The position numbers and the translations under genes were made by a program. Under the pieces are notes generated by a model that saw nothing but the letters and a program-made list of their open reading frames with translations, did no database searches and was not told the origin of the DNA. A DNA stretch of 64,000 nucleotides, taken from assembly GCA_041651115.1 (NCBI GenBank), contig JBAZJY010000003.1, positions 194,524-258,523 of the forward strand, given 5' to 3'. This stretch comes from Candidatus Omnitrophota bacterium (GTDB taxonomy: Bacteria > Omnitrophota > Gorgyraeia > Gygaellales > Profunditerraquicolaceae). Shown in pieces: positions 10,741 through 20,032 of this stretch; within the stretch, counting starts at the first letter, position 1; each line of letters starts with the position of its first letter.

Positions 10741-11199
10741 CTATGAGTGGAGAATAGCGTGGCAATTACAACATATTCTTTCTAAATTATCAATTTTATT
10801 ATTTTTTCTGTTTCCATCTTTATGATGGACAACTAAGACTCGCTTATCGGGAATCCCGCACCTATTACATTTATATGGAATATTATATCTGCGCATTAAA
10901 TCACGATAAGCAGTTTCTCCGGAAATCCAATTTGGGGCATTAACACCATAACGGACATTTCTATTTTCCCAAGAACAATGACAAGCTACGCCACAAAAGA
11001 ATTTATTTCTTTTTGATCTCTTAAAGTCTTTAGGAGTCCTCCAAACTTTTTTCCCGCAATAAGCACATTCAACCCATTTACCTTTAAATTGAGCCTTGGT
11101 TCGACATTTTATAGAACAATATTTACCCCACCCTTTTCTTGCATGAAAAGGTTTTATATAGAATTCCTTACCGCAAATTTTACACTTTTTGTTAGGCAC
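10741..11199 (-). CDS. HNH endonuclease with multiple CxxC zinc-ribbon motifs
   Basis: 152 aa; C-terminal VVHHKDGNRKNNKIDNLERICCNCHAILH matches the HNH motif. Confidence 0.8.
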   Translation of the reverse strand: MPNKKCKICGKEFYIKPFHARKGWGKYCSIKCRTKAQFKGKWVECAYCGKKVWRTPKDFKRSKRNKFFCGVACHCSWENRNVRYGVNAPNWISGETAYRDLMRRYNIPYKCNRCGIPDKRVLVVHHKDGNRKNNKIDNLERICCNCHAILHS

Positions 11200-11275
11200 G
11201 TAAAAATTATATCAAAGAACAATAAATATGTCAAATCAATAAACTAGCTCACGGTTAGATGCTCTAACCTTCAAT

Positions 11276-12508
11276 CTACTTTTCTCGTGTAAACGATGCT
11301 TTTGTTGCGTCCTTTAGTTCTTTGCCGATTGCTACTGTGCCACTGATCACTGCCTTGGAAAGGTCAGCTGATGCCTTGACCGCGCCTTCTAAGATCTTTA
11401 CCGGCAGGACAAAGATATTACCGATGATCGGCTGCTTCTTCTCTTTAATGCCGCTGGTAAGCTTGTCTTCTACCGCGCCTACCACAGGAGTTAAGCCTAA
11501 TTGCGGCCGGGTCATTTTCGTGCGATAGGTAAAATCAAGCACGATCTTTCCGTTATCAAGGCTCTGGAAAAACTTAAATACTGCTTTAGCGATCTTTTCT
11601 TCTTTGCCCTCTTTGCCCTCTTCCGCGGTTCGCTCGCGGAAAACAATATCCCTTAATTCAAAATGGCACTCGGCAGCAATTTCATTATTAAGGCCGTTGA
11701 TCTTACTGGTAAAATCAAGCTTTGCTCTTTCAATGCTGGCCTTTTGCACGCTGGCAAACTGCGAATAATACGGATGAAGATAAACGCCGTCGATACCGAC
11801 AATATTAAGAGTAGCATGCATATCCTTCTTATGCAAGTCTATCCAGCCTTCGGCAGAAATCCTGCCCTTTTCTTCGCCTGCCTGCCAGGGAATAATACCT
11901 TTTATTTCAAAGCGGGTGATCATTGGCCGCGGGACTAAAGGCAAATTACTGACTTTTATGGATACATTCTCAACCACGAGCCTGATTCCCTCTGCGCCGA
12001 CTGTATGGTCAATAAAAATGACTTTTCCGCCGATAATATTAATGTGTTTGAATACCAGCGGCAGGCGCTTTCTCTCTTTGGATGCTTCAGGGATAATTTC
12101 CGGCACAACAGGTTCAGCTACCGGCTCAACCACTACTCCGGTGTCAACAATCACGGGCCCCTGCAAATCTTCCTGTGGTATAGAAACCGGGAATTTTTCA
12201 TAGGTGAATTCCGGATCAATTGCGATGATCTCGTTAAAGCCGATGTTGCCGGTAACCAGAAGCAGGAAGCTCGGCGTAACTAAGATCCTGCGCGCCTTGA
12301 ACATGCCTTCAATATTTACGTCATTAAACCCGAATTTAAGCGTGGGGGTAATGACCAGGCTGCCGATGGTGACCTTTTTATGGGTCAGGGTTTCCAGACG
12401 GCTGGCAATAAAAGGCGTACCCTTCCACATCAGGAATAAATAGACAGAGATGACAAAGATCAGGAATAAGACGAACCATGCGACTATGATCTTTAGTAAG
12501 ATCTTCAT
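11276..12508 (-). CDS. AsmA-like/DUF748-like membrane-anchored protein
   Basis: 410 aa; N-terminal TM anchor followed by a long beta-rich periplasmic region. Confidence 0.4.
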   Translation of the reverse strand: MKILLKIIVAWFVLFLIFVISVYLFLMWKGTPFIASRLETLTHKKVTIGSLVITPTLKFGFNDVNIEGMFKARRILVTPSFLLLVTGNIGFNEIIAIDPEFTYEKFPVSIPQEDLQGPVIVDTGVVVEPVAEPVVPEIIPEASKERKRLPLVFKHINIIGGKVIFIDHTVGAEGIRLVVENVSIKVSNLPLVPRPMITRFEIKGIIPWQAGEEKGRISAEGWIDLHKKDMHATLNIVGIDGVYLHPYYSQFASVQKASIERAKLDFTSKINGLNNEIAAECHFELRDIVFRERTAEEGKEGKEEKIAKAVFKFFQSLDNGKIVLDFTYRTKMTRPQLGLTPVVGAVEDKLTSGIKEKKQPIIGNIFVLPVKILEGAVKASADLSKAVISGTVAIGKELKDATKASFTREK

Positions 12509-12524
12509 AAGGTTATATTTTATA

Positions 12525-12598
12525 TGCGCCTGGGCCGAATCGAACGGCCAACCTACGGCTTAGAAGGCAGTTGCTCTATCCATTTGAGCTACAGGCGC
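12525..12598 (-). tRNA. tRNA-Arg (anticodon TCT)
   Basis: Cloverleaf: acceptor GCGCCTG/CAGGCGC, D-arm GCTC..GAGC, anticodon loop CTTCTAA, T-arm GGCCG TTCGATT CGGCC. Confidence 0.8.
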
Positions 12599-12640
12599 AT
12601 TGCTATCTATCCTCCCGCCAGAAAGCGGCGGGATTAGTTC

Positions 12641-12690
12641 GGCCATACAACTTAGCTTCGCTATCGCTAGCTAAGTTGTGGCCTCACTTA
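12641..12690. repeat. Conserved hairpin element (ggccatacaacttagc...gctaagttgtggcc); a homologous copy lies at 51420-51468
   Basis: Inverted repeat acaacttagc/gctaagttgt flanked by ggcc; about 80 percent identical to the element beside tRNA-Lys. Confidence 0.6.
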
Positions 12691-12710
12691 ATTTGAGCTA
12701 CAGGCGCATT
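12691..12710. repeat. 20-bp exact direct repeat of the tRNA-Arg 5' end (copy of 12582-12601)
   Basis: atttgagctacaggcgcatt occurs twice, 109 bp apart. Confidence 0.8.
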
Positions 12711-12711
12711 C

Positions 12712-13182
12712 TTACTTAATTATAAATTCATTGGAATTGACGGTCAGCCATTTCCAATCTTCTGATGAAGCACTGTTTCTAATCTGATAGGAAACTACAA
12801 GGCGATATGTGCCTGGATCTGCCTTGATACTTTTTTCGGTTCCATCAATATAGATCAGCGGATCCCATTCATAAGTATTGGACTCTCCGGATTTCATTTC
12901 TTCAGGAGGGCCGATATCGCGTATGCAATGGGGATACTGACAGTACGTAAACAATTTCTCCCAATTTCCGGATGAAGTTTTTTTCTCGGCATAACGAATG
13001 CCAAAGCCTGAGCTCGTGCCGCCAATATGGGAAAAAATACTCTGCGTTGAATTATTTTTTAAAGTTATCTTTACGGATTCTCCTTGCGAATACTCAAGTT
13101 TATCAGTGGTTACCGTCGCTTCCTGCGCCCAGGCGCAGGTAAAAAATAAGATAAGAGATAAAATTGCTATTATGAACTTCAT
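12712..13182 (-). CDS. Secreted hypothetical protein
   Basis: 156 aa with signal peptide MKFIIAILSLILFFTCAWAQEA. Confidence 0.5.
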   Translation of the reverse strand: MKFIIAILSLILFFTCAWAQEATVTTDKLEYSQGESVKITLKNNSTQSIFSHIGGTSSGFGIRYAEKKTSSGNWEKLFTYCQYPHCIRDIGPPEEMKSGESNTYEWDPLIYIDGTEKSIKADPGTYRLVVSYQIRNSASSEDWKWLTVNSNEFIIK

Positions 13183-13191
13183 ATTTTTAAA

Positions 13192-13269
13192 TGGTCGGGG
13201 CGACAGGACTTGAACCTGTGACCTCTTGCTCCCAAAGCAAGCGCTCTAGCCAAACTGAGCCACGCCCCG
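13192..13269 (-). tRNA. tRNA-Pro (anticodon TGG) with the bacterial C1-G72 pair and encoded CCA
   Basis: Acceptor CGGGGCG/CGCCCCG, anticodon stem CTTGC/GCAAG with loop TTTGGGA, T-loop TTCAAGT. Confidence 0.85.
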
Positions 13270-13316
13270 CTAGTCTTAACTACAAGTGGCGAAATCCTCG
13301 CGCTTTATGCGGGGAT

Positions 13317-13333
13317 GAGCCACGCCCCGCTAT
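13317..13333. repeat. 17-bp direct repeat of the tRNA-Pro 5' end (copy of 13256-13272)
   Basis: tgagccacgccccgcta occurs twice, 61 bp apart. Confidence 0.75.
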
Positions 13334-13379
13334 TTTTCCGTCAGGTGGCGCTCCATAACTTATGGCCTCATTCATTATA

Positions 13380-13994
13380 TCAACCGCTCTTCGTCCGCTC
13401 AATACATTTCTCTAAAATCTTCCTTGCTTTTTCCAAGGCGTGGTAGCGGTGGCTCATTTTATGTTTTACCCGGATGCCGAGCTGGGCAAAAGTCTTTTTG
13501 TATTTAGGTATGACAAATAACGGGTCGTAGCCAAAGCCGGCTGTGCCCTCTTGTTTAAAACCGATCAGGCCGCTGCATCTTCCTTCTACAACTCCGATCA
13601 GGCCCCTTGCATCGGCAATTGCCACAGCGCAGGCATAATATGCCTTGCGCTTTTTAAGCGGCACTGCCTCCAGCATTTTCAGGAGCTTCAAATTATTCTG
13701 CAGGTCGCTTTTATTTTTACCGGAAAACCGCGAAGAATAAACTCCCGGCTTGCCTTCTAAAGCCTCAACGCACAAGCCGGAATCTTCGCCAAGGGTCAGT
13801 TTCTTGGTAAAGCGGGCGATCTTCACTGCCTTCTTGATAGCGTTCGCCTTAAAGGTCTTTCCGTTTTCAATGATCCGCGGCGCAGCAGGATGATCTGCCA
13901 AAGAAGACAGCTTTGCGCCTAAGCCTGCCAATATCTCTTTTATTTCTTTCAGTTTTTTACGGTTCTTTGTCGCAACTACCAACTCAAAGCTCAT
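13380..13994 (-). CDS. rdgB: Non-canonical purine NTP pyrophosphatase (dITP/XTP pyrophosphatase, Ham1/RdgB family)
   Basis: 204 aa with typical family length and motifs; directly downstream of rph. Confidence 0.8.
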   Translation of the reverse strand: MSFELVVATKNRKKLKEIKEILAGLGAKLSSLADHPAAPRIIENGKTFKANAIKKAVKIARFTKKLTLGEDSGLCVEALEGKPGVYSSRFSGKNKSDLQNNLKLLKMLEAVPLKKRKAYYACAVAIADARGLIGVVEGRCSGLIGFKQEGTAGFGYDPLFVIPKYKKTFAQLGIRVKHKMSHRYHALEKARKILEKCIERTKSG

Positions 13995-13995
13995 A

Positions 13996-14715
13996 TTAGA
14001 CGGTAATCACGCTGCTAAGCATATTTTTCTGGACAGCGATCAGCTCGTTAATGCCTTTTGTTGCCAGATCAAGCAGCTGATCCATTTGTTCTTTCTTAAA
14101 AGTGCGGCGTTCGGACGTTCCCTGTATCTCAATGAATTCGCCTTTGGAGGTCATGACGATATTCATATCCACGTCTGCTTTGGAGTCCTCTTCGTAGTTC
14201 AAGTCCAGGATCGGCTCGCCGTTAAAAATGCCCACGCTTACAGCAGCGACAAAATCCTTGATCGGGACGCTAAAGATCAAGCCGCTTTTCTTGATCTTAT
14301 ACAACGCGTCAGCCAAGGCAACAAAACTGCCGGTTATGGAAGCAGTACGCGTGCCGCCGTCACCCTGGATCACGTCGCAGTCAAGCCAAATGGTGCGCTC
14401 ACCCATGTTTCTCATATCGGTTACCGCGCGAAGTGACCTGCCCACCAGCCGCTGTATTTCATAGGTGCGGCCGGAATCTTTTCCGCGGGGAATACGCGAC
14501 TGGCAGGAACGCGGAAGCATGCCGTATTCGGCAGTAACCCAGCCTGTACCGGAGCCTTTTAAAAACGGCGGAACACTTTCTTCAATGGTTGCACTGCAAA
14601 TGACTTTGGTATTTCCCATTTCAATCAAGCAAGAGCCTTCCGCGTATTTCAGGAAATTACGCGTAATATTTACGCTCCTAATCTTATCCCAACCTCTTCC
14701 GTCTGCGCGTGCCAT
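13996..14715 (-). CDS. rph: Ribonuclease PH
   Basis: 239 aa; RNase PH-like sequence ([17 protein letters not shown]). Confidence 0.85.
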   Translation of the reverse strand: MARADGRGWDKIRSVNITRNFLKYAEGSCLIEMGNTKVICSATIEESVPPFLKGSGTGWVTAEYGMLPRSCQSRIPRGKDSGRTYEIQRLVGRSLRAVTDMRNMGERTIWLDCDVIQGDGGTRTASITGSFVALADALYKIKKSGLIFSVPIKDFVAAVSVGIFNGEPILDLNYEEDSKADVDMNIVMTSKGEFIEIQGTSERRTFKKEQMDQLLDLATKGINELIAVQKNMLSSVITV

Positions 14716-14722
14716 ACCTGCC

Positions 14723-15229
14723 TCACTTTCCTATAATCCCGACGATCACCGGGAAATCTCTTACTCTTAATTCATATATTGCTTCCGGCCCTAAATCACG
14801 AAAGGCGATTGGCCGCGCCTTCTTTACGTATTTTGCCAATAGCGCGCCGCATCCGGCATGCGTGAGAAAATATACGGCCTTGTATCTTTTTATTGCCGCC
14901 TTTACATCTTCAGAACGGCTGCCTTTTCCGATCATTGCTTTCAGGCCGTATTTAAGCAACTGCGGGGTAAATTCATCCATGCGCGAGCTGGTGGTCGGGC
15001 CGCAGGAACCGATAACTTTATTTTTCGGGGTTTTTGCCGGGCCGCAGTAATAAATAACCTGCCCCTTAAGATCAACCGGAAGTTTTTGTTTTCTGCGAAT
15101 TGCTTCAACTAACCTTTTATGCGCTTGATCACGGGCAGTATAAATTACACCGGTAAGGCTGGCTTCGTCTCCGGGCCTTAACCCGATAATATCTTCTTTG
15201 CGCAAAGGCAGAATTATTTTTTTTATCAT
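14723..15229 (-). CDS. Class I Fe-S fumarate (or tartrate) hydratase, beta subunit
   Basis: 168 aa; ATGA overlap with the alpha subunit gene. Confidence 0.75.
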   Translation of the reverse strand: MIKKIILPLRKEDIIGLRPGDEASLTGVIYTARDQAHKRLVEAIRRKQKLPVDLKGQVIYYCGPAKTPKNKVIGSCGPTTSSRMDEFTPQLLKYGLKAMIGKGSRSEDVKAAIKRYKAVYFLTHAGCGALLAKYVKKARPIAFRDLGPEAIYELRVRDFPVIVGIIGK

Positions 15230-16050
15230 AATACGATACTAGCGCTTCTTAATGCGTGGCAGCTGATGTTTACGCAAACCGGCAGGCCGGCAATGTGGGT
15301 AGGGTAAGTTTCAACGTTGACGCTTAATGCGGTATGTTTGCCGCCTAAGCCCATTGGGCCGATGTTCAGTTTATTGATCTCCTTTAATAGATCCGCTTCA
15401 AGCTTAACGCGGGTTTTAACATTCATTTTCCTGATCAGGGCTTTTTTTGCCAAAAGGCAGGCGTATTCCGCAGTGCCGCCAATGCCTATGCCAATAATAT
15501 ACGGCGGGCAGGCATCTGAACCGGCTGCTTTTACAGACTCAACGATAAATCTTTTCACATCGTCAATCGTTGCCGTCGGCCTAAACATTTTAAGCTGGGT
15601 CTTGTTTTCGCTGCCAAAGCCTTTGGGTAAGACTGTAAGTTTTAATCTGTTGCCACTGGTAATTTCAGTATGAATCACTACCGGAGAATACGCGGACTTT
15701 CCCCTTAGCAGCGGATTTTTAACAACTGAATTCCTGAAATATCCTTTTTTGTATCCGGCCTCAACGCCTTTATTGATGGCGGCGGTTAAATCGCCGCTGA
15801 TTCGCACGCCTTGCCCGGCTTCTACGAATACGCAGGGCATACCCGTATCCTGACAAATTGCCAGCCGCTCTTTTTTGGCAATTGCGGCGTTCTCAATGAT
15901 CGCTGCCAGCGCCCGCCTGGCTTTTTGATTTGTTTCTTTTGCGCGCGCTGACTTTAACAGCGCAAGCACGTCGCTGCGCAAAAACAGGTTTGCTATCAGG
16001 CATAAGTCGCTGACTGCTTCTTGTATTTTTGCTGCGGAAATTGTTTTCAT
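15226..16050 (-). CDS. Class I Fe-S fumarate (or tartrate) hydratase, alpha subunit. The start is the internal ATG at 16050, which forms an ATGA overlap with the queF stop.
   Basis: Catalytic-subunit-like sequence (CVFVEAGQGV, GIGIGGTAEY); the ORF-track start at 16137 would overlap queF by 90 nt. Confidence 0.7.
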   Translation of the reverse strand: MKTISAAKIQEAVSDLCLIANLFLRSDVLALLKSARAKETNQKARRALAAIIENAAIAKKERLAICQDTGMPCVFVEAGQGVRISGDLTAAINKGVEAGYKKGYFRNSVVKNPLLRGKSAYSPVVIHTEITSGNRLKLTVLPKGFGSENKTQLKMFRPTATIDDVKRFIVESVKAAGSDACPPYIIGIGIGGTAEYACLLAKKALIRKMNVKTRVKLEADLLKEINKLNIGPMGLGGKHTALSVNVETYPTHIAGLPVCVNISCHALRSASIVL

Positions 16051-16439
16051 TTGGCTTTGTATTCGCTTGATACCGTAGTGGTGATGCCGCCGCGGGGATT
16101 GAATACCGCGGTGATCTTTGCCGAGCGCGGCTGGCAAACCTTTACAAAGTCCTCAAGCATTTTATTGACGAGATGCTCGTGGAATATGCCGATATCGCGG
16201 AAAAATATCGTGTACATCTTAAATGACTTAAGCTCAATACAATACTTACGCGGCGAATAAACAATAGTGATCACGGCAAAATCCGGCAAGCCGGTCTTTG
16301 GACAAATGCAGGTAAATTCAGGAATGTCCAATGTGATCGTGTAAGCTTTGTCCGGATACTGGTTCTCCCAGACTTCTATCTTAGGAGTTTTCAAGACCCG
16401 AACATTTTTTTGCAACCCTTCATACGATGATCTTTTCAT
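16047..16439 (-). CDS. queF: NADPH-dependent 7-cyano-7-deazaguanine reductase
   Basis: 130 aa; EFTCICPKTGLPDFA motif. Confidence 0.85.
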   Translation of the reverse strand: MKRSSYEGLQKNVRVLKTPKIEVWENQYPDKAYTITLDIPEFTCICPKTGLPDFAVITIVYSPRKYCIELKSFKMYTIFFRDIGIFHEHLVNKMLEDFVKVCQPRSAKITAVFNPRGGITTTVSSEYKAK

Positions 16440-17110
16440 TTCATCCCCATTAACTTATGCATCTGCGGAATTATGCAGGCAACAATGCCTTCTTTCATGC
16501 AGGCCTCTTTGTATCTATGCAGCTTTGGCTCAAGCTTTTTGCGGTCATCAAAATAATTCGGCTGCAGCACAAGGACCATTCCCTTAGCCATTTCTTTGAT
16601 CAAGGTGATCGCCACATACAGGTCTTCGTCGGTAGTTGTCTCGGATACTACCGCCTTAAGAAAGGTGTCTTTTTTTGCCGCAACCTTTAAGAATTTACGG
16701 TGCTTGGGCCAGAGGTTTTCCTTTATGCCGGTTGAGCTGGGCAGCTTAATGTCCATGGAAATAATATCCACGAATTCCAGCACGTCGGCAAGCTCATCGG
16801 CCATTGTGCCGTTGGTCTCAAGGTAATTCTTGAAGCCGCTCTTATGCGTCATCTCAAGGATCTGCCTTAAGAATTCGTTCTGCAAAAGCGGCTCGCCGCC
16901 GGTAAAAGAAACGAAACGGTATCTATTTTTATTGCCGGCGATCTTTTCAAACAGCGCTGCCGCGCTGCATTCGGTAAAATTAGTCTGCTTTGTATCGCAG
17001 AACTTGCATTTAAGATTACAACCGAAAAGCCTTACAAAAAGCTGCTTCTCCCCGAAATAAAGCCCCTCTCCCTGAATGCTCTCAAAAATCTCGGAAATCT
17101 TTCCCGTCAC
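16436..17110 (-). CDS. queE: 7-carboxy-7-deazaguanine synthase (radical SAM). The start is GTG at 17110, with GGAGGA 6 nt upstream.
   Basis: SEIFESIQGEG motif and cysteine cluster CNLKCKFC; the ORF-track start at 17212 would overlap queC by 130 nt. Confidence 0.8.
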   Translation of the reverse strand: MTGKISEIFESIQGEGLYFGEKQLFVRLFGCNLKCKFCDTKQTNFTECSAAALFEKIAGNKNRYRFVSFTGGEPLLQNEFLRQILEMTHKSGFKNYLETNGTMADELADVLEFVDIISMDIKLPSSTGIKENLWPKHRKFLKVAAKKDTFLKAVVSETTTDEDLYVAITLIKEMAKGMVLVLQPNYFDDRKKLEPKLHRYKEACMKEGIVACIIPQMHKLMGMK

Positions 17111-17795
17111 TTGTGATCCTCCCCTCGTTGTTTGCACCCGTTGATAACGGATCTTTAATGCCGGCTTCTTTGAACCCCTTTTTCCGGTAATAACAGCTGT
17201 CGCAGCTTCCACAGGGAAATTTTCCTCCCCGGTAACAGGACCAGGTCAAGCCAAAAGGAACCTTGAGCTTAATACCCAGCTTGACGATCTCCGACTTATT
17301 TTTGTTGATGATCGGAGTAATGATGCCGATGGGCCTGCCTTCCACGCCTGCTTTTGTGCCCTCTTTAGCAGCCTTGATAAAGGCGCGATAAAATTCCGGA
17401 CGGCAATCAGGATAACCGGAATAATCCTGGGCATGCGCGCCGATAAATATTGCCGGCGCTCCGATTGCCTCGGCATACGAAAGAGCAAAACTTAAAAAAA
17501 TGATATTGCGCCCCGGAACATAAGTTGCCGGGATGTTACTTTTAGAACGCCGTATTTTTATCTTGCGGTCCAGCAGGCTCGAGCCTTTCCACGGCAGGCT
17601 CAAATTTACCGGTTTAAATTCACATCCGGCCTGCCTGGCGATCTTTTTTGCCGCCTGGATTTCCCGGTTGTGGCGCTGGCCGTAATTAAAATTAAGGCAA
17701 AAACATTTATAGCCTTTTTGTTTTGCCAGATAAAGTGTAACTGCCGAATCAAGCCCGCCGGATAATAAGACAACCGCCCTTTTACCGCGCATCAT
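17082..17795 (-). CDS. queC: 7-cyano-7-deazaguanine synthase
   Basis: 237 aa; VLLSGGLDS PP-loop and C-terminal zinc motif CGSCDSC. Confidence 0.9.
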   Translation of the reverse strand: MMRGKRAVVLLSGGLDSAVTLYLAKQKGYKCFCLNFNYGQRHNREIQAAKKIARQAGCEFKPVNLSLPWKGSSLLDRKIKIRRSKSNIPATYVPGRNIIFLSFALSYAEAIGAPAIFIGAHAQDYSGYPDCRPEFYRAFIKAAKEGTKAGVEGRPIGIITPIINKNKSEIVKLGIKLKVPFGLTWSCYRGGKFPCGSCDSCYYRKKGFKEAGIKDPLSTGANNEGRITSDGKDFRDF

Positions 17796-18171
17796 AGGTG
17801 GCGGATGAATTTTCCGATTCCCAGACTGTTACCGACTTAAGCCCGGAGACCTTTCTCTTCAGGAGGTCATATATGTATTTGGCGATATTTTCCGACGTAG
17901 GGTTGACTTTTTTTCCGCCGGAGGCGGATCCGCCTGCGGCGGAAAAATACGGGATCTCGTTTAAATATTTATGGTCTAACTTTTCAAGGATGGCTTTTAG
18001 CTCATCCTTAACAAAACGGAAATCCGCAACCATTCCCAGCTTGTCCAGCTTGGCGCTGGAAAGGGCTGCTTCTACTTTCCAGTTGTGGCCGTGCAAATCT
18101 TCGCACTTGCCTTTATAGCCGCGCAGATTATGCGCTGAACTGAAATCCGATTCTACTTTTATGGTATACAT
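17782..18171 (-). CDS. queD: 6-carboxy-5,6,7,8-tetrahydropterin synthase
   Basis: 129 aa; CEDLHGHNW motif. Confidence 0.85.
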   Translation of the reverse strand: MYTIKVESDFSSAHNLRGYKGKCEDLHGHNWKVEAALSSAKLDKLGMVADFRFVKDELKAILEKLDHKYLNEIPYFSAAGGSASGGKKVNPTSENIAKYIYDLLKRKVSGLKSVTVWESENSSATYDAR

Positions 18172-18965
18172 TATGAGATATTTACTTTAGTTACGTCTTT
18201 TACAACTCTGCCAAGAAATCTTCCGGCAAGGCTTTTGAACCATTCGGGATTATCGCTGACAAAAAACTTATGGCTGCCTTTACCTTTTGTATTACAAAGG
18301 CCCTCGTTAGAAAGTATATCTTTTACTTCTATTGCCACCTGCTTGGCAGAATCAATTAATTCAACTGAACTGCCCATAACTTTTTTGATCACCGGCTTTA
18401 AAAGCGGGTAATGCGTGCAGCCTAAGATCACCGCATCTACTCCGGCCCTCTTTAGCGGCTTAAGATAGGTTTTCGCCAATTCCATAACCGCGCTTCCCTC
18501 AATTAGTCCCTCTTCGGCAAACGGCACGAATAAGGGGCAGGAAACCCCGATGACTTTTACCGACGGGTCAAGCTGTTTGATCTCTGATTCATAAGCGCGG
18601 CTGTTGATCGTGCCGCGCGTGCCGATCACACCCACGCGCTTATTTTGCGTGGCATAAACCGCTTCCTTTACGCCCGGGGAAATTACCCCGACAATAGGCA
18701 CGCGGAAATGGTTCTTGATCACCGGCAGGGCAAAGCTTGATACCGTATTGCAGGCAACGCAAATAAGCTTAACGTCATGCTTGAGCATGAACAGGATATT
18801 CTCAATGGAAAATTTAATTACGGTTTCCCGGGATTTTATGCCGTAAGGCACGCGCGCAGTGTCCCCGAAATAAATAATATCTTCATTGGGAAGCTGACTG
18901 ATCAATTCCCGCGCCACGGTCAGGCCGCCTACCCCTGAATCAAATATGCCGATCGCTTTTCTCAA
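18171..18965 (-). CDS. murI: Glutamate racemase
   Basis: 264 aa; motifs IGIFDSGVGGLTV, VACNTVS and GCTHYP. Confidence 0.9.
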   Translation of the reverse strand: MRKAIGIFDSGVGGLTVARELISQLPNEDIIYFGDTARVPYGIKSRETVIKFSIENILFMLKHDVKLICVACNTVSSFALPVIKNHFRVPIVGVISPGVKEAVYATQNKRVGVIGTRGTINSRAYESEIKQLDPSVKVIGVSCPLFVPFAEEGLIEGSAVMELAKTYLKPLKRAGVDAVILGCTHYPLLKPVIKKVMGSSVELIDSAKQVAIEVKDILSNEGLCNTKGKGSHKFFVSDNPEWFKSLAGRFLGRVVKDVTKVNIS

Positions 18966-20032
18966 TTTCCTTCCTCCGCTATTGTAACATCCCTGGCATA
19001 GCTCATTATCCCTTGCGCAATCGCTTCCGCAACCTGCTGGCGGTAATAAGGATTCTTGAGCAGCTGCTCTTCTCTTTTATTAGAAAGAAATCCCGCCTCA
19101 ACCAGCACCGCCGGCATGCGGCAGCCTTTTAAGACATAGAAGCCCGCGCCTTTTACGCCCAGGATCTTTGCCTCAAGCTGTTTTCCGGCTGCGCGGCAAA
19201 TGCTCTGGCCGAGTTCAACTGATTCTGCGCGGTTGGCAGAATAGATCAGGTCCCAAAGCGTTACCTCTAAATCCGGGGTCATCCGGTAAAAATAACTCCG
19301 GTCAAGATTAAGGCTGGCGTTTTTTGCCGCGGACAGCGCGCGGTTAATATCGCTGGTGTCAAAAGAAACGTAATAAACTTCAAAGCCCTTGAGGCTCCTG
19401 ACGCGGTTGGCATTGCTGTGGATGCTGATAAACAGGTCTGCCCCGGAACTATTGGCAATATCCACTCTCTGCTGCAGGGAAATGAATTTATCCGTCGAGC
19501 GCGTCATTACGGTTTTAATGCCCCTATCCCGCAGTAGCTTTGACAACCGGCCGGCAATATCAAGATTAACGTATTTTTCTTTTATTCCGGACTTGCCGAT
19601 CGTGCCGGGATCATGCCCGCCGTGGCCGGAATCAATAACGACTTTTTTGATCTTTAGCTGGATGGCTTCTGCCTCTCCTGCCGCAGGTTCCTTGAATAAA
19701 ACATCCAGGACCTGCTCTTTAAATTTATAAGGAACGACGATCGCGCCCTGATAAAAATCTACCGCCTGCTTTAAGTGCTGCGGTTGGCCGTCAACAAGCA
19801 CAAGGGTTTCTCCGGCCATCAATTCTATCTTGTGCGCGGACTTAGTTAGAGTAATAGTGTGGCCGAAAGTATCGTAATCCCAGTTTATGCCTTTTTGCCG
19901 GCAGAGCTTGTCCAACGCAACGTATGCTGTGCCGTTAAGGCTGTAAAGCGGTAAACCTCCGGTATTGGGAACGCTTGCGCAGCCGCTTAAAAAGAAGCAA
20001 AAGGCAAAGAACCAATTAATCCTGATTAGTAT
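18962..20032 (-). CDS. amiC: N-acetylmuramoyl-L-alanine amidase (Amidase_3 with an N-terminal AMIN-like domain), probably a lipoprotein. The start codon is uncertain: the ORF track uses TTG at 19915, but the frame stays open up to 20050.
   Basis: Amidase motif VVIDSGHGGHDPGT. The in-frame upstream extension encodes IRINWFFAFCFFLSGCAS (a lipobox), but it has no ATG/GTG/TTG after the stop at 20051-20053; AGGAG lies at 20034-20038. Confidence 0.7.
   Translation of the reverse strand: MLIRINWFFAFCFFLSGCASVPNTGGLPLYSLNGTAYVALDKLCRQKGINWDYDTFGHTITLTKSAHKIELMAGETLVLVDGQPQHLKQAVDFYQGAIVVPYKFKEQVLDVLFKEPAAGEAEAIQLKIKKVVIDSGHGGHDPGTIGKSGIKEKYVNLDIAGRLSKLLRDRGIKTVMTRSTDKFISLQQRVDIANSSGADLFISIHSNANRVRSLKGFEVYYVSFDTSDINRALSAAKNASLNLDRSYFYRMTPDLEVTLWDLIYSANRAESVELGQSICRAAGKQLEAKILGVKGAGFYVLKGCRMPAVLVEAGFLSNKREEQLLKNPYYRQQVAEAIAQGIMSYARDVTIAEEGN

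Noticed and set aside
10580-10765. 61-aa minus-strand ORF
   Set aside because: It overlaps tRNA-His.
11322-12443. Several 70-95-aa plus-strand ORFs
   Set aside because: They are antisense to the 410-aa AsmA-like gene, with no independent support.
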